64,000 nucleotides of DNA from contig CAUVYH020000004.1 in assembly GCA_963556065.3 (NCBI GenBank), forward strand, positions 36,928-100,927. Reading direction: 5' to 3'. Position numbers and translations under genes: made by a program. Shown here piece by piece: positions 40,683 to 51,133 of the stretch (positions are counted from its first letter, which is position 1; every line of letters starts with the position of its first letter). The notes under the pieces are model-generated. The model saw only the letters and a program-made list of their open reading frames with translations, was not told the DNA's origin and did no database searches. The stretch is from Bacteroidales bacterium. Lineage in GTDB: Bacteria; Bacteroidota; Bacteroidia; Bacteroidales; WCHB1-69.

Positions 40683-41831
40683 CTATTCATTTGATTTGAC
40701 TGTCGGGATCTTGGTTTTGATGAGTTTGGGAATATTCGCTTTGTTTCGCTTGTACACCGGGGTTACCCGAAACTGTTTCTCGAAGATCACACGGTAAGTG
40801 CATGTTTCAAAAACCGTAGTAAATTTTACATTCACATCAATGGGTGTTATCAGGCTTTCGTTAAGCAGACACAGGTAAAGTTTATCCGAAGATACATCCT
40901 TGTTTTTGCCGTAAGAGACCACGCCTTTGCCTTGCTCAATGGATTTCACCTCTTTTTGTTTTAGAAAAAGCTGAGCATTAAGGCTATCGGTAACAAAATA
41001 AAAGCTCACGTTTTTTCCCTTTGAAGGTACGATAAACGATGGGATTAGTCCTATGGCAAAGCCCAAAAGCGGATCTACAAAAGTTGACACCAAACTCCCT
41101 CCCAACTTGCCAATTGTCTTCATCGTGCTATGCCAACTTTCTTCCGCTTCTTGCCCCACTCCAATCCAATATACCCATTCTTCCGGTTTTTTTTCGAGTA
41201 ATGACGTTTTAACGGTTTCGCCCATTTTAATTTCAATTACCGCCCTGTTTTTCTTTAGAAAAGGGATGGCTGCTTCCAAACGAATATTTTTTTCAAGGCT
41301 AAGATCTTCTTCTCGTTTACAAGTGTCTTTAACCACTTTGGAAGCCTCAAACCAAGATGTATCATAACGCACAATTTCATCCGATTTGCGGATATTGTAA
41401 ACGGTGTCCACCTTTTCGACCCAACGAGGATTGGTGTCAAAAAATTTGTACTTCTCTTTCAATGGTTTCCGGTATATGTTGACATGAATATTCCGGGCAA
41501 AAATGCAGCGATTCTTAAATAAGAACGAATAGACCGCAGTCTGAGGCACCAAAAAAGATCCATTTTTGAGCGCCGACAGCTTTTTCATTTGATAAACGTT
41601 TCTTCCATTGACTTCAGAAACATCGAACAATGTGATTTTTTTGTTGTGCAGCTCGTCAAAATCGAAAGAGACCATATCTCCCTGATGAAAACTCAAATAA
41701 ATTTTTTCTTGCGAAAATCCTTTTATCCGAACATCTTTACTTATCACACGAATAACATCACTACCGAATAGCGAAAACGAATTCATTAGAAAAATCAGAC
41801 CGATCACTAGGCGAAGTATTCTGCTCATCAA
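40683..41831 (-). CDS. secreted hypothetical protein
   Basis: 382-aa ORF with a signal peptide and no motif I recognise. Confidence 0.5.
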   Translation of the reverse strand: MMSRILRLVIGLIFLMNSFSLFGSDVIRVISKDVRIKGFSQEKIYLSFHQGDMVSFDFDELHNKKITLFDVSEVNGRNVYQMKKLSALKNGSFLVPQTAVYSFLFKNRCIFARNIHVNIYRKPLKEKYKFFDTNPRWVEKVDTVYNIRKSDEIVRYDTSWFEASKVVKDTCKREEDLSLEKNIRLEAAIPFLKKNRAVIEIKMGETVKTSLLEKKPEEWVYWIGVGQEAEESWHSTMKTIGKLGGSLVSTFVDPLLGFAIGLIPSFIVPSKGKNVSFYFVTDSLNAQLFLKQKEVKSIEQGKGVVSYGKNKDVSSDKLYLCLLNESLITPIDVNVKFTTVFETCTYRVIFEKQFRVTPVYKRNKANIPKLIKTKIPTVKSNE

Positions 41832-41983
41832 CTTAGTATTTTAATGGGAATTACACCCGGGTGCAACATATTATTAAGCAACAAATTTACGGATTATTTG
41901 GCTGAAACAATGATTAATTCAAATATTTATTTAAGGATGAATCCCAATAAAATTACTATTTTTGCAGCTCAAATAATATTAAA

Positions 41984-42796
41984 ATGACATTAAACTTAAC
42001 CCGTCCCCTCGTTTTCTTCGATTTGGAAACAACCGGACTGAATATCGGGTCCGACCGCATTGTGGAAATCTGCATGTATAAAGTGATGCCTGATGGTACT
42101 TCGCAGCTAAAACACGAAATTATTAATCCTACTATTCCAATTCCTGCTTTGGTTTCAAAAATTCATGGAATATGGGATAAAGATGTAATTGGGAAGCCCA
42201 CCTTTGCAGATCTAGTACATCAGTTAAACCAATTTATTGAAAACTGCGATATGGCAGGGTTCAATTCCAACAAGTTTGATATTCCGTTGCTTGCCGAAGA
42301 ATTTTTGCGCGCCGGGGTTGATTTTGATATTAAAAACCGCCGGTTTATCGACGTTCAGAATATTTTTCACAAGATGGAACCCCGCAATTTGAGTGCGGCC
42401 TACCGATTTTATTGCAACAAGGAGTTGACGGATGCCCATACGGCAGAGGCAGATACCATGGCTACTTATGAGATATTTATGGGACAGATTGAGAAGTACG
42501 AAGGGGTTGAAATCACCGACCATGAAGGCCACAAAATCACTCCGATTGTCAATGATATTAAAGCGATCAGCGAATTCTCATTCTACCATAAAAGTGCAGA
42601 TTTATCGGGACAGATTATCTATAATGACAAGAATGAGGAGGTATTTAATTTTGGAAAGTACAAAAACAGAAGTGTTGCCGAAATTTTCAAAATCGAGCCC
42701 AGTTATTACGACTGGATGATGAAAGCAGACTTTCCGCTCTATACCAAAAAGATACTTACGGCCATCCGTATGCGGGATTTCAACAATAAAAAATAG
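41984..42796 (+). CDS. DEDDh 3'-5' exonuclease (DnaQ/epsilon-like) with C-terminal extension
   Basis: FFDLETTGL (Exo I), NSNKFDIPLL (Exo II), HTAEADTMA (Exo III). Confidence 0.8.
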   Translation: MTLNLTRPLVFFDLETTGLNIGSDRIVEICMYKVMPDGTSQLKHEIINPTIPIPALVSKIHGIWDKDVIGKPTFADLVHQLNQFIENCDMAGFNSNKFDIPLLAEEFLRAGVDFDIKNRRFIDVQNIFHKMEPRNLSAAYRFYCNKELTDAHTAEADTMATYEIFMGQIEKYEGVEITDHEGHKITPIVNDIKAISEFSFYHKSADLSGQIIYNDKNEEVFNFGKYKNRSVAEIFKIEPSYYDWMMKADFPLYTKKILTAIRMRDFNNKK

Positions 42797-42804
42797 AATT
42801 ATCG

Positions 42805-43416
42805 ATGAAGATTATTTGTATTGGACATAACTATCACGCACATAACCGTGAAATGGACAGCAAAACGCCTTCGGCTCCTGTTTATTTTTTAAAACCCGAT
42901 ACAGCTCTGCTAATCAGGAATCGACCGTTCTTTTTACCTGATTTTTCGAACCGAATAGAATATGAAGTCGAATTGTTAGTAAAAATTTGTAAAGTTGGCA
43001 AAAACATCCAAAAAAAATTTGCAGCCACTTATTATCATGAAATCGGACTGGGCATAGACTTTACCGCTCGCGACCTGCAACATAAATGCCGAACGGAGGG
43101 AGAACCTTGGGAAATTGCAAAGGGATTCGATTCATCGGCCGTAGTCAGTGAGTTTATTGAGAAAGAAGAGATTCCCGACCTAAATAGCGTTCACTTTAAA
43201 TTGCATTTAAACGACAAATTGGTTCAAACCGGAATCAGTTCGGAGATGATTTTTTCCATCGATGACATCATCGTCCACATCTCAAAGTTTATGACGCTGA
43301 AAACAGGAGATATTATTTTTACCGGAACTCCTTCCGGGGTTGGAAAAGTCGCTATCAACGATCATTTGGAAGGATGGCTGGAAGATCAGAAATTGTTGGA
43401 TTTCTTTGTAAAATAG
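42805..43416 (+). CDS. fumarylacetoacetate hydrolase family protein
   Basis: MKIICIGHNY, EVELLV, GDIIFTGTPSGVG. Confidence 0.85.
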   Translation: MKIICIGHNYHAHNREMDSKTPSAPVYFLKPDTALLIRNRPFFLPDFSNRIEYEVELLVKICKVGKNIQKKFAATYYHEIGLGIDFTARDLQHKCRTEGEPWEIAKGFDSSAVVSEFIEKEEIPDLNSVHFKLHLNDKLVQTGISSEMIFSIDDIIVHISKFMTLKTGDIIFTGTPSGVGKVAINDHLEGWLEDQKLLDFFVK

Positions 43417-43432
43417 AAGAAAAAGGGTAAAA

Positions 43433-43525
43433 GTCCCGAAAAATATAAAATCTAGGATTTTATTTATTTTTCGTGGATCCTCGTAAAACTACGATCCGCC
43501 TACTGGCGGATTCTGGTTTTATGGG
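43433..43525 (+). repeat. nested-palindrome element, copy 3 (core 43470-43485, divergent right arm)
   Basis: gtcccgaaaaatataaaatctaggatttt...ttcgtggatcctcgta...gatccgcctactggcggattctgg. Confidence 0.75.
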
Positions 43526-43695
43526 AGTAAACGGTAAAGGGTACAAGGTGCGCGAGTCTAAAGAATCCCGATGACTGAGTCCCGCTGTGGCGGGATAAAC
43601 TCCGTCGAAGGCATAGAAAAATGGTGAATGACACACAGATACTCGGGATAATCACAACTGCTATCGCGACCCCAACAAGACTCATTTAAAACACT

Positions 43696-43745
43696 GATAT
43701 TCAATGCTTCACCTTTTATAATCGGGATAAAAAGCATTGAATATC
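43696..43745 (-). terminator. 14-bp perfect hairpin downstream of rsmD
   Basis: GATATTCAATGCTT (43696-43709) and AAGCATTGAATATC (43732-43745). Confidence 0.4.
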
Positions 43746-43771
43746 AAAATTAATTACTTTTCAGAATTGAC

Positions 43772-44332
43772 TTATTCTTCCTTTTTTTCTTCTTCGGGCA
43801 CATTGATAAATGCACTGAAATGCACTCTTCCATATTTTCGCATTTCAAAGAAGTTGTGATGCTTGCTAAAGTCATATTTATCGGAATGTTCCAATACAAA
43901 CCAACCGTCTTCTTTAAGCATGTTACGCTCGAAAATTGCATCGGGAAGCTTTGCAATTCCTTCCATATCATAAGGCGGATCGGCAAAAACAACATTAAAT
44001 TTTCGTCCCGTGGTTTGTAGATATTTGAATGCTTCAGCCTTAATTACCGTAAGATTTTCGAAATTAAGACTTTTAGCTGTTTTAGATATAAACTCGACAC
44101 ATTTGGCATTAATGTCAACGGCCAACACATGAACAGCTCCTCGAGCAGCGAATTCATAGCTTATGTTTCCTGTACCGGCGAACAAGTCGAGAACTTCGAT
44201 ACCGTCGAAATAAAAGTAGTTATTCAATACATTAAAAACACTTTCTTTTGCCATGTCCGTCGTTGGCCTGACCGGCAAAGAATCGGGAGCAATAATATGC
44301 TTCCCTTTATGCGCACCACAAATAATTCTCAC
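43772..44332 (-). CDS. rsmD: 16S rRNA (guanine966-N2)-methyltransferase RsmD
   Basis: MRIICG..KG, LDLFAGTGN, FADPPY. Confidence 0.85.
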   Translation of the reverse strand: MRIICGAHKGKHIIAPDSLPVRPTTDMAKESVFNVLNNYFYFDGIEVLDLFAGTGNISYEFAARGAVHVLAVDINAKCVEFISKTAKSLNFENLTVIKAEAFKYLQTTGRKFNVVFADPPYDMEGIAKLPDAIFERNMLKEDGWFVLEHSDKYDFSKHHNFFEMRKYGRVHFSAFINVPEEEKKEE

Positions 44333-44335
44333 TGT

Positions 44336-45157
44336 TTAATAATTTTGTTCAACACAATAGCGATGGTAATCCCAAGACAATTTTTGATCCGACTTAATAA
44401 AGCCGACTTCGGAGAAATATCTATTAAGCATCTCATCTATTGGAGATTGAGGATTTATTTCACCTAAAAGATTAATTTCAACATCCTCATTTTTTATCTC
44501 CAGATTTTGCAAAGCCATAATTAAAAAATAAGCGAAATCTTCTTTTGTAGAAAAAGTAAATCGATTAAAGAAATGCAGTTGTCCTCGTTTCTTAATCACC
44601 AAGTCGAAATAACTGCTATTCACCGACACGATTAATGAATAATCTCGGGTTTTGGGATGAATTGTATTTGAAAACGAGAGTAGTGCCTGTGTATAGGATT
44701 TTACCTCGACATTCGAGAACACGGACTTAGCCGCATCAACCACGGCTTTGTTCAGCAAAGAGATAACAACAACATTATTGACTTCGGAAAAAACAACCGT
44801 TCCGCTATCCATTTTATCTTGCTCGATAAAATGGCTGAGATAGCTAGTCAATTCCGTTTGAACAAATAGCGGTTGAGGCACAAGCGTATATCCCTCGTCC
44901 TCAAAAAGAAGCAGAAGTTTTCCCGAATTGTTTTTCAAAAAAGCATCCCGCTCCTTAATAGAGCTTAATGCTTGGGAAAAATCAGCCACGGCATTGCTTT
45001 TAGCCCACCGATATGCAGTTGCATATTCCAGATTGCTATTGCAAGTTACAAAAACAGATAAACCATCCGATGCTATTCGAATGGTTGTACTGTATATTTT
45101 ATGTTCATCAAACGGATTACTCTGATAAACAAGCTGATTGCTGATATCAACACTCAT
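44336..45157 (-). CDS. DUF3822-like protein
   Basis: 273 aa. Immediately upstream of rsmD, the usual Bacteroidota arrangement as I recall it. Confidence 0.5.
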   Translation of the reverse strand: MSVDISNQLVYQSNPFDEHKIYSTTIRIASDGLSVFVTCNSNLEYATAYRWAKSNAVADFSQALSSIKERDAFLKNNSGKLLLLFEDEGYTLVPQPLFVQTELTSYLSHFIEQDKMDSGTVVFSEVNNVVVISLLNKAVVDAAKSVFSNVEVKSYTQALLSFSNTIHPKTRDYSLIVSVNSSYFDLVIKKRGQLHFFNRFTFSTKEDFAYFLIMALQNLEIKNEDVEINLLGEINPQSPIDEMLNRYFSEVGFIKSDQKLSWDYHRYCVEQNY

Positions 45158-45166
45158 AAGTTTCTT

Positions 45167-45826
45167 TTACTCCCAGTTTCCATCTGTTGAAGGTTCATCC
45201 AACGATCCCATAATTAGATCAATGTATTTAGGATTTTTTTCAAATTGTTTTTCTAATTTACTATAGAGCAAAACATTTAAGAAACCGGAAAAACCTTTGC
45301 TATTTTTTTTCAGTTCATCATCAATCCCTTTTAAATAGGCCACTTTAGGAGCAACTACCTTGAAAACGGGAACTCTGATATGTCCTTTTGATATTGTATC
45401 CGCTTTCATTTCAAATTTCTGCTCTGAATATGGAATAAAGGGAAGCTTTTTAATATCAATATTCGGTTTATCTTTAAAGATTTCTTTGAAAGCATCAACA
45501 TATACGGTATCACGTTTTACGATTCCTTTTTTTATAGCTTGCTGTTCGGTAAGAGAATCGGGAACTGTTCCCGTTTTAACCACGATAGGCATTTTACCTT
45601 CGGAAAGGAACGACAATAATTGATCGAAATCACTGGCATAAAGACCTTTAGTGGACTTGTAAGCCAGCTGTGCAGTACGAATGTCTTTCATTTGTTCAAT
45701 CACAACATTTCTGCGAGCTTCATAAATCACTCTATATTTTTCGGGACGCATAATGCTACGGTAAATGAAAACGCTTAACACGATTGCTACAAGCACTAAA
45801 ACAGTTTGAATCAATTTGTTTTTCAT
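45167..45826 (-). CDS. membrane-anchored hypothetical protein
   Basis: N-terminal TM segment IQTVLVLVAIVLSVFIY. Tightly packed with the two downstream genes. Confidence 0.45.
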   Translation of the reverse strand: MKNKLIQTVLVLVAIVLSVFIYRSIMRPEKYRVIYEARRNVVIEQMKDIRTAQLAYKSTKGLYASDFDQLLSFLSEGKMPIVVKTGTVPDSLTEQQAIKKGIVKRDTVYVDAFKEIFKDKPNIDIKKLPFIPYSEQKFEMKADTISKGHIRVPVFKVVAPKVAYLKGIDDELKKNSKGFSGFLNVLLYSKLEKQFEKNPKYIDLIMGSLDEPSTDGNWE

Positions 45827-45963
45827 CTTAATTTTGAATTTATTAATTTTATGATTTTACAACGATTATTATGAAGACATATTTTATTACAGCGCAAATT
45901 TAAAAAAAAATCATTGATTTGTTTGCTTAATCAAAGAAAGTTATCAAAAAAAAATGTTGAAAT

Positions 45964-47202
45964 CTAAAAAAGGAAGAGAATTGACAAGTTTTGGCGAAGA
46001 TTCCCAATTTCTTTAGCCGAAGAAACATTACAGTATGCATTGGCTATTCCATAAGCGGCAACGGTGTATTCGGTTTCGGAAAACAAAATTATTTTCCCCA
46101 TTTTATAAGAGAGTTGCGGCGCTATACGATAAATATAAGCAATATCGCAGCCCCGAGCATACTTACTCCCCACAAAAGCTGTTTTTGAACCCAAGTTTTT
46201 AGCATATCCTGTAAACAGCGAAAAATTAAATTTCGGGAATTTTGTTGTAACATTAACCCACACTGAACCTTGAGCGATAGGGGCATACGATTGGGTTTGG
46301 GTTAAGGAATCCATCGCCGTTACTCCTACTCCACCCAGCATCGCCTGATCGTATAAATTTTCACCCCAAATACACTGAGCTTTAATTGTAATTTTGCGAA
46401 GTTCCAGCTTGCCGAAAACATGCACAGCCGAACTCGAAACATATTCATTCACAGCAATATTACTGTCGGTTTCGGTTCTCATGTTCAAACGTTTGAAATC
46501 GTAACCGGCACCCAATAATAAGTTATTTTTATGATAAATGGTTTGCAGATGCAATCCGGGAATAATCTGATTTTTAAGATAGTCTGGAACGACTCCTGAA
46601 GGCCCAATTGAGGAATTATCGCGATGAGCAGAAGCTACAGCAACAAAATCGAAGGCGTGAAACCGATACTGGAACCGCATCTGTGGGGCTCTCATAGCAC
46701 TTTTAATGGGGTTTCCCAAATTAAGCGAGAGCATATCCGGAAAAGCTTCGGGAGCGACCAATGGATGCCAATATTGCCCAATTAAAAGCTGTATCTGCTT
46801 ATGATCAATATTCACGTATCCCTGCCGCAATCGCAATCCGCTATTCGAGGCATCGCTCGCTCCCGTAAAATCGGTTTCGAAATAAGTAGTAAAATCATAA
46901 TCGTGATATCTTAAAGTATCCACGGTAAATATCAAGCGACTGCTGGTACCATACTGATTATATTGCGGGTGGCTGTTAAGATCATATCCGTTCTTGTCGT
47001 AGGACGGTTTTTTAGGATACATCAACACAAAACTTTCACGAGCCGAAATCGTCTGACGAGAATCAAAAATGGCATCTGCCTTAATAAAGCCCTTAAACCG
47101 CAGTTTCACTCTTGCAGAATCCGCAGATTGCCCAAAAACCATATTTTGCGACAAGACCAATGATAAAAATACAATTTCAAATACAATTTTTAGTACTTTC
47201 AT
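45964..47202 (-). CDS. outer-membrane beta-barrel (porin-like) protein
   Basis: Signal peptide, alternating beta pattern, C-terminal ...NLSILFLF. Confidence 0.5.
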   Translation of the reverse strand: MKVLKIVFEIVFLSLVLSQNMVFGQSADSARVKLRFKGFIKADAIFDSRQTISARESFVLMYPKKPSYDKNGYDLNSHPQYNQYGTSSRLIFTVDTLRYHDYDFTTYFETDFTGASDASNSGLRLRQGYVNIDHKQIQLLIGQYWHPLVAPEAFPDMLSLNLGNPIKSAMRAPQMRFQYRFHAFDFVAVASAHRDNSSIGPSGVVPDYLKNQIIPGLHLQTIYHKNNLLLGAGYDFKRLNMRTETDSNIAVNEYVSSSAVHVFGKLELRKITIKAQCIWGENLYDQAMLGGVGVTAMDSLTQTQSYAPIAQGSVWVNVTTKFPKFNFSLFTGYAKNLGSKTAFVGSKYARGCDIAYIYRIAPQLSYKMGKIILFSETEYTVAAYGIANAYCNVSSAKEIGNLRQNLSILFLF

Positions 47203-47301
47203 GGTGCAAAAGTATAAAAACAGAATGAAAATACAATAGCGTGATAAAAATAGCTACTGAAAGACTTTTTTTTTTAACTTTGACCTCAAAAACAGATTTA
47301 C

Positions 47302-48165
47302 ATGCAGCCAATCATTGATCTTCAAAACGTAGATATTTTTCAAAAGAACATACTTGTTTTAGGGCAAGTGAATATTCAGATATACAAAGGTGAATTTGTT
47401 TACCTTACTGGGAAAACGGGCACCGGAAAATCGAGCCTTTTGCAAATATTGTATGCCGATTTACCTCCAAAAGGCGATAAGGCGGAAGTTGCCGGTATTA
47501 ATCTATTATCTTTAAAATCAAAGCACATCCCCACTTTACGCAAGAAATTGGGTATTGTTTTTCAAGATTTTCAGCTTCTATCGGATCGCTCCGTCAACGA
47601 CAACCTTCTTTTTGTAATGAAAGCTACCGGCTGGTCGGATAAAAGAAAAATACAAGAACGCATCGATAAGGTATTGCATGATGTCGGCTTAGGCACCAAA
47701 GGTTTTAAAATGCCGCACCAACTTTCGGGAGGAGAACAGCAGCGGGTCTGCATCGCTCGAGCATTAATCAACAACCCCGAAATCATCCTTGCCGATGAAC
47801 CCACCGGTAACCTCGACCCTGAAACTTCCGCTGAAATCATGGTACTGCTTCAAGATATTTCCAAGCAACACAACTGTACCGTGCTGATGGCTTCACACGA
47901 TTTTTACATGATTGAAAAGTTTCCTGCACGCACATTACATTGCAACAATGGAAAAGTGACCGGCCCCGAATTTGATCTTTCAAGGTTGAAAGAGGAAGAG
48001 AACCCGGATACAAAATCATCCACTGCACCTATTGAAGAAATAACACCCGAATCGGCACCGGAAGAACCTCTTGAGAACATTGTACCCGAAAGCAGTGAAT
48101 TTAACACGGAATCGACCGATATAAAGGCATATAGAGAAGAATCTTCCGAAGAATCCATACATTAA
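47302..48165 (+). CDS. ftsE: FtsE-like ABC ATPase with about 65-aa acidic C-terminal tail
   Basis: [35 protein letters not shown]. Tail [37 protein letters not shown]... Confidence 0.7.
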   Translation: MQPIIDLQNVDIFQKNILVLGQVNIQIYKGEFVYLTGKTGTGKSSLLQILYADLPPKGDKAEVAGINLLSLKSKHIPTLRKKLGIVFQDFQLLSDRSVNDNLLFVMKATGWSDKRKIQERIDKVLHDVGLGTKGFKMPHQLSGGEQQRVCIARALINNPEIILADEPTGNLDPETSAEIMVLLQDISKQHNCTVLMASHDFYMIEKFPARTLHCNNGKVTGPEFDLSRLKEEENPDTKSSTAPIEEITPESAPEEPLENIVPESSEFNTESTDIKAYREESSEESIH

Positions 48166-48177
48166 CACACAAAGCCA

Positions 48178-48828
48178 ATGATTCGATTAACAAATATCAA
48201 AAAGTCGTATGGCGGTCTCACCGTGCTCAACAATATTAACTTGGAGATTCAAGAGCAAAAGGTCACGGTAATTGTCGGCCCCTCGGGAGCAGGAAAATCG
48301 ACCTTACTTCATATCATCGGCACACTTGATAAAGCGGACCAAGGCGAGGTTTATTTTTCCAGCACCGATGTTAACAAATTTAAAGATAAGCAACTGTCCG
48401 ATTTTAGGAATAAACACATTGGCTTTGTTTTCCAGTTTCATCATTTGCTGCCGGAGTTTACAGCCTTGGAAAATGTAGCGATGCCCGCATTAATTGCAGG
48501 AACCGCTAAAAAAGAAGCCGACGCTAAAGCATTGGAGCTACTTGAATTGCTGGGCGTAGCCGCCCGAAAAGACCATAAACCCTCGGAACTGTCGGGAGGA
48601 GAGCAACAACGGGTTGCTGTAGCTAGAGCCCTTATTAATAATCCGGAAGTAGTGCTTGCCGACGAACCATCAGGCAATCTTGATTCAGACAATGCCCGGG
48701 ATCTGCACAACCTTTTTTTCAAACTCAGAGACCAACTAAACCAAACTTTTATTATTGTTACCCATAACCAAGAACTCGCCAACATGTCGGATGAAAAGAT
48801 CATGATGAAAGACGGGAAAATCATTTGA
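48178..48828 (+). CDS. LolD/MacB-type ABC transporter ATP-binding protein
   Basis: [35 protein letters not shown]. Confidence 0.8.
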   Translation: MIRLTNIKKSYGGLTVLNNINLEIQEQKVTVIVGPSGAGKSTLLHIIGTLDKADQGEVYFSSTDVNKFKDKQLSDFRNKHIGFVFQFHHLLPEFTALENVAMPALIAGTAKKEADAKALELLELLGVAARKDHKPSELSGGEQQRVAVARALINNPEVVLADEPSGNLDSDNARDLHNLFFKLRDQLNQTFIIVTHNQELANMSDEKIMMKDGKII

Positions 48829-48850
48829 AGATTTGAAAATGAACCGATTT

Positions 48851-48905
48851 GTTCCGAAAAATCTTAAATCTTCGATTTAACTGTTTTCGTGAATCCTCGA
48901 AAAAT
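48851..48905 (+). repeat. nested-palindrome element, copy 4 (core 48886-48901, right arm truncated)
   Basis: gttccgaaaaatcttaaatcttcgattt...ttcgtgaatcctcgaa. Confidence 0.7.
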
Positions 48906-48929
48906 TTGAAAATTAGCCAATTTCAAGAT

Positions 48930-49320
48930 TAATGTGCTAATGCGATAATGTGGCAATAGTTCGACTACGCTCACTACAAGTGTGCTAATGTGCTGACGCA
49001 AGTTTGATTTTGTCATACTAAGCCCGCTTTACGAGGGTGAACTATCAAGAGGCATCTGTACTGACAAAGCACCAAAGAGCAAAAGAATAGAGATGCTTCG
49101 TTACCTCAGCATGACAAAAAAGAAAGCATCCAAAGAGCAAAAAAATGAGGACAGACCGCTTTGTCATGCCGACCCAAGGAGGCATCTATATCGACAAAGC
49201 GCCAAATTCATTACCTTAACAGGACTCAAAGTATTGCTATATAGCGCTTACAAGAAAACGCCAACTTTTTCGTTATTCTTACAGACGCTATATCATGCAA
49301 TCTCTCGGAAAAAAAGATAA
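48930..49320. repeat. cluster of REP-like hairpin repeats (TGTCAT...GAGGCATCT...GACAAAGC units)
   Basis: Direct units at about 49011-49084 and about 49162-49208, an inverted relative at 49090-49118 (gagatgcttcgttacctcagcatgaca), and gtgctaat words at 48932-48990. Confidence 0.6.
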
Positions 49321-49337
49321 TAATTAAGACTCTAATA

Positions 49338-49841
49338 TTACTGCCTTTTTAGGGAGCCGGTTTTAAAGGTGTAGTACCGTTGCACAATGTAACTATAAAT
49401 TACCACAATAACGGTAGTAAATACTTTTGCAACGGTAGCCCATAATCCAAGGCATTCCACAAACAGCTTCAAGAATATGTAATTTAATAAAATAGACCCC
49501 GAGACACTTACAATGTATCGAAAAAGTTGAATTCTGCCCCGTATCGGCGATTCGGTAAAAGTAATATAACGTGCAAACAAGAACCCTGTAGTAAAAGTGA
49601 TTGGGAAGACTATTAAAAATGCGGCTATATGTGGGCTGACAGTTAACACAAAAAGATTCACATCATGTTTGTCGAGAATAAAATTATAGCACAAAAAGTA
49701 AAGAAAAATATCGAGCAACGTATTGCAACCACCTGTTGCTCCATAGCGGAAGGTCTCTTTTGGAATTCCAGGAAATGGTCGATGAAACCAATCGATAACG
49801 GCAATAAAAACATCCCTAAAATTACGCAAATGATGCATCAT
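49338..49841 (-). CDS. GtrA family membrane protein
   Basis: FRYGATGGCNTLLDIFLYF. 4 TM segments, 167 aa. Confidence 0.8.
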   Translation of the reverse strand: MMHHLRNFRDVFIAVIDWFHRPFPGIPKETFRYGATGGCNTLLDIFLYFLCYNFILDKHDVNLFVLTVSPHIAAFLIVFPITFTTGFLFARYITFTESPIRGRIQLFRYIVSVSGSILLNYIFLKLFVECLGLWATVAKVFTTVIVVIYSYIVQRYYTFKTGSLKRQ

Positions 49842-50004
49842 AAATGACTTTTAAGTACTATTCGTTCATTAACGCAGGCAAAGTTCCGCATTTTTGATTA
49901 AATATCAAAAAATAACATCTTCAATATTTCGAAATTTCTTGGCAACAAACGGAATCTATAATAAAAAATACATATTTTTACATAAAATCTGCAATTTGTG
50001 AAAT

Positions 50005-51105
50005 ATGACGACCTCTTTTCAAAAACATAAAACGCCTTATATTCAAATTAGCAAGAGCCGAATCGAAAAGCATATCGAATCGTTTTGCACCTGTCTTCAA
50101 TTTAAACCTCAACAGCTTTTTTATCCGGTGAAAGTAAACAGCAACCCGGCCGTGATTGAATTAATGAACAATCGAAAAATAAACTTTGAGGTGGGGGCAA
50201 TTTTGGAATGTAAATCACTATTATCTCTAGGTATTGCCCCAAATCGTATTCGTTATGGGAACCCGGTAAAATCGACGGAAAGTATTCGGGAAGCCTATTG
50301 CATGGGAATTACCTATTTTAGTGCCGACAGTGCGGAGGAACTTGAGAAGATTGCTAAAAATGCGCCCCAATCGTCAGTTTACATCCGTGTAGCCGTAGAT
50401 AATAGCGGCGCGGAATGGGCATTGACGCAAAAATTCGGGTGCGAGATAAATGCCGTGGATTTTCTGTTTGAGCTAGGTAACAAACTGGATCTAAATATAT
50501 TTGGCATCAGCTTTCATGTGGGTTGGAACAACGAACATCTCGAAACATGGAATCGGGTGTATCGCGACATTTCTGAATTGACGGCTCAACTCAAACAAAA
50601 ATATAGCTCTTTCATCTCGATAAATATTGGAGGTGGATTTCCGGCTCATCATGGAAATCAAACAGAAAAGTTACTCCAAATCTCTGAAATCATCAATCCT
50701 TTCCTGCTAAAATGGCAAAATGACGAGAAACTCGAAGTCGTGGCCGAACCCGGCTCCTATTTAATGGCTAATGCCGGAATCATGGTGGTAAAAGTAATTG
50801 CCCGCATCATGCGAAACAATATAGACTGGGTGTATGTTGACAGTGGTATTTTCCAAGGATTTTCGTGGATTATGGGAGGCCTCAGCTATAAAATTGAGGC
50901 GCTAAACACAAAAAACGACGGCCTTACAAAAAAAATGGTGGTGTGCGGCCCCACTTGCGATACCCACGATGTTTACTCTCATTCGGTGTTCTTGCCCGAT
51001 TCCATCTCCGAAGGCGATCTACTATTGATATCTCCTGCCGGAGCATACATTTCTTCCTCACAAGCTTATAATGGATTTTCAATTCCCCCCGAAGTTGTAA
51101 TTTAA
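50005..51105 (+). CDS. type III PLP-dependent decarboxylase (ornithine/lysine/arginine decarboxylase fold)
   Basis: YPVKVN (PLP Lys), HVGW, GGGFP, EPGSY, CGPTCDTHD. Confidence 0.75.
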   Translation: MTTSFQKHKTPYIQISKSRIEKHIESFCTCLQFKPQQLFYPVKVNSNPAVIELMNNRKINFEVGAILECKSLLSLGIAPNRIRYGNPVKSTESIREAYCMGITYFSADSAEELEKIAKNAPQSSVYIRVAVDNSGAEWALTQKFGCEINAVDFLFELGNKLDLNIFGISFHVGWNNEHLETWNRVYRDISELTAQLKQKYSSFISINIGGGFPAHHGNQTEKLLQISEIINPFLLKWQNDEKLEVVAEPGSYLMANAGIMVVKVIARIMRNNIDWVYVDSGIFQGFSWIMGGLSYKIEALNTKNDGLTKKMVVCGPTCDTHDVYSHSVFLPDSISEGDLLLISPAGAYISSSQAYNGFSIPPEVVI

Positions 51106-51133
51106 GGGAAAAGGGAAAAGGGAAAAGGAGCGC

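Noticed and set aside
43500-43995. ORFs 43500..43685 and 43750..43995.
   Set aside because: The first lies in repeat and hairpin DNA after the FAH gene. The second is a frame-shadow of rsmD.
49093-49320. 75-aa ORF in the lolD-gtrA spacer.
   Set aside because: It is composed entirely of REP-like repeat units, and its peptide wording (SMTKKK..., LCHADPRRHLYRQSA) is what such repeats translate to.
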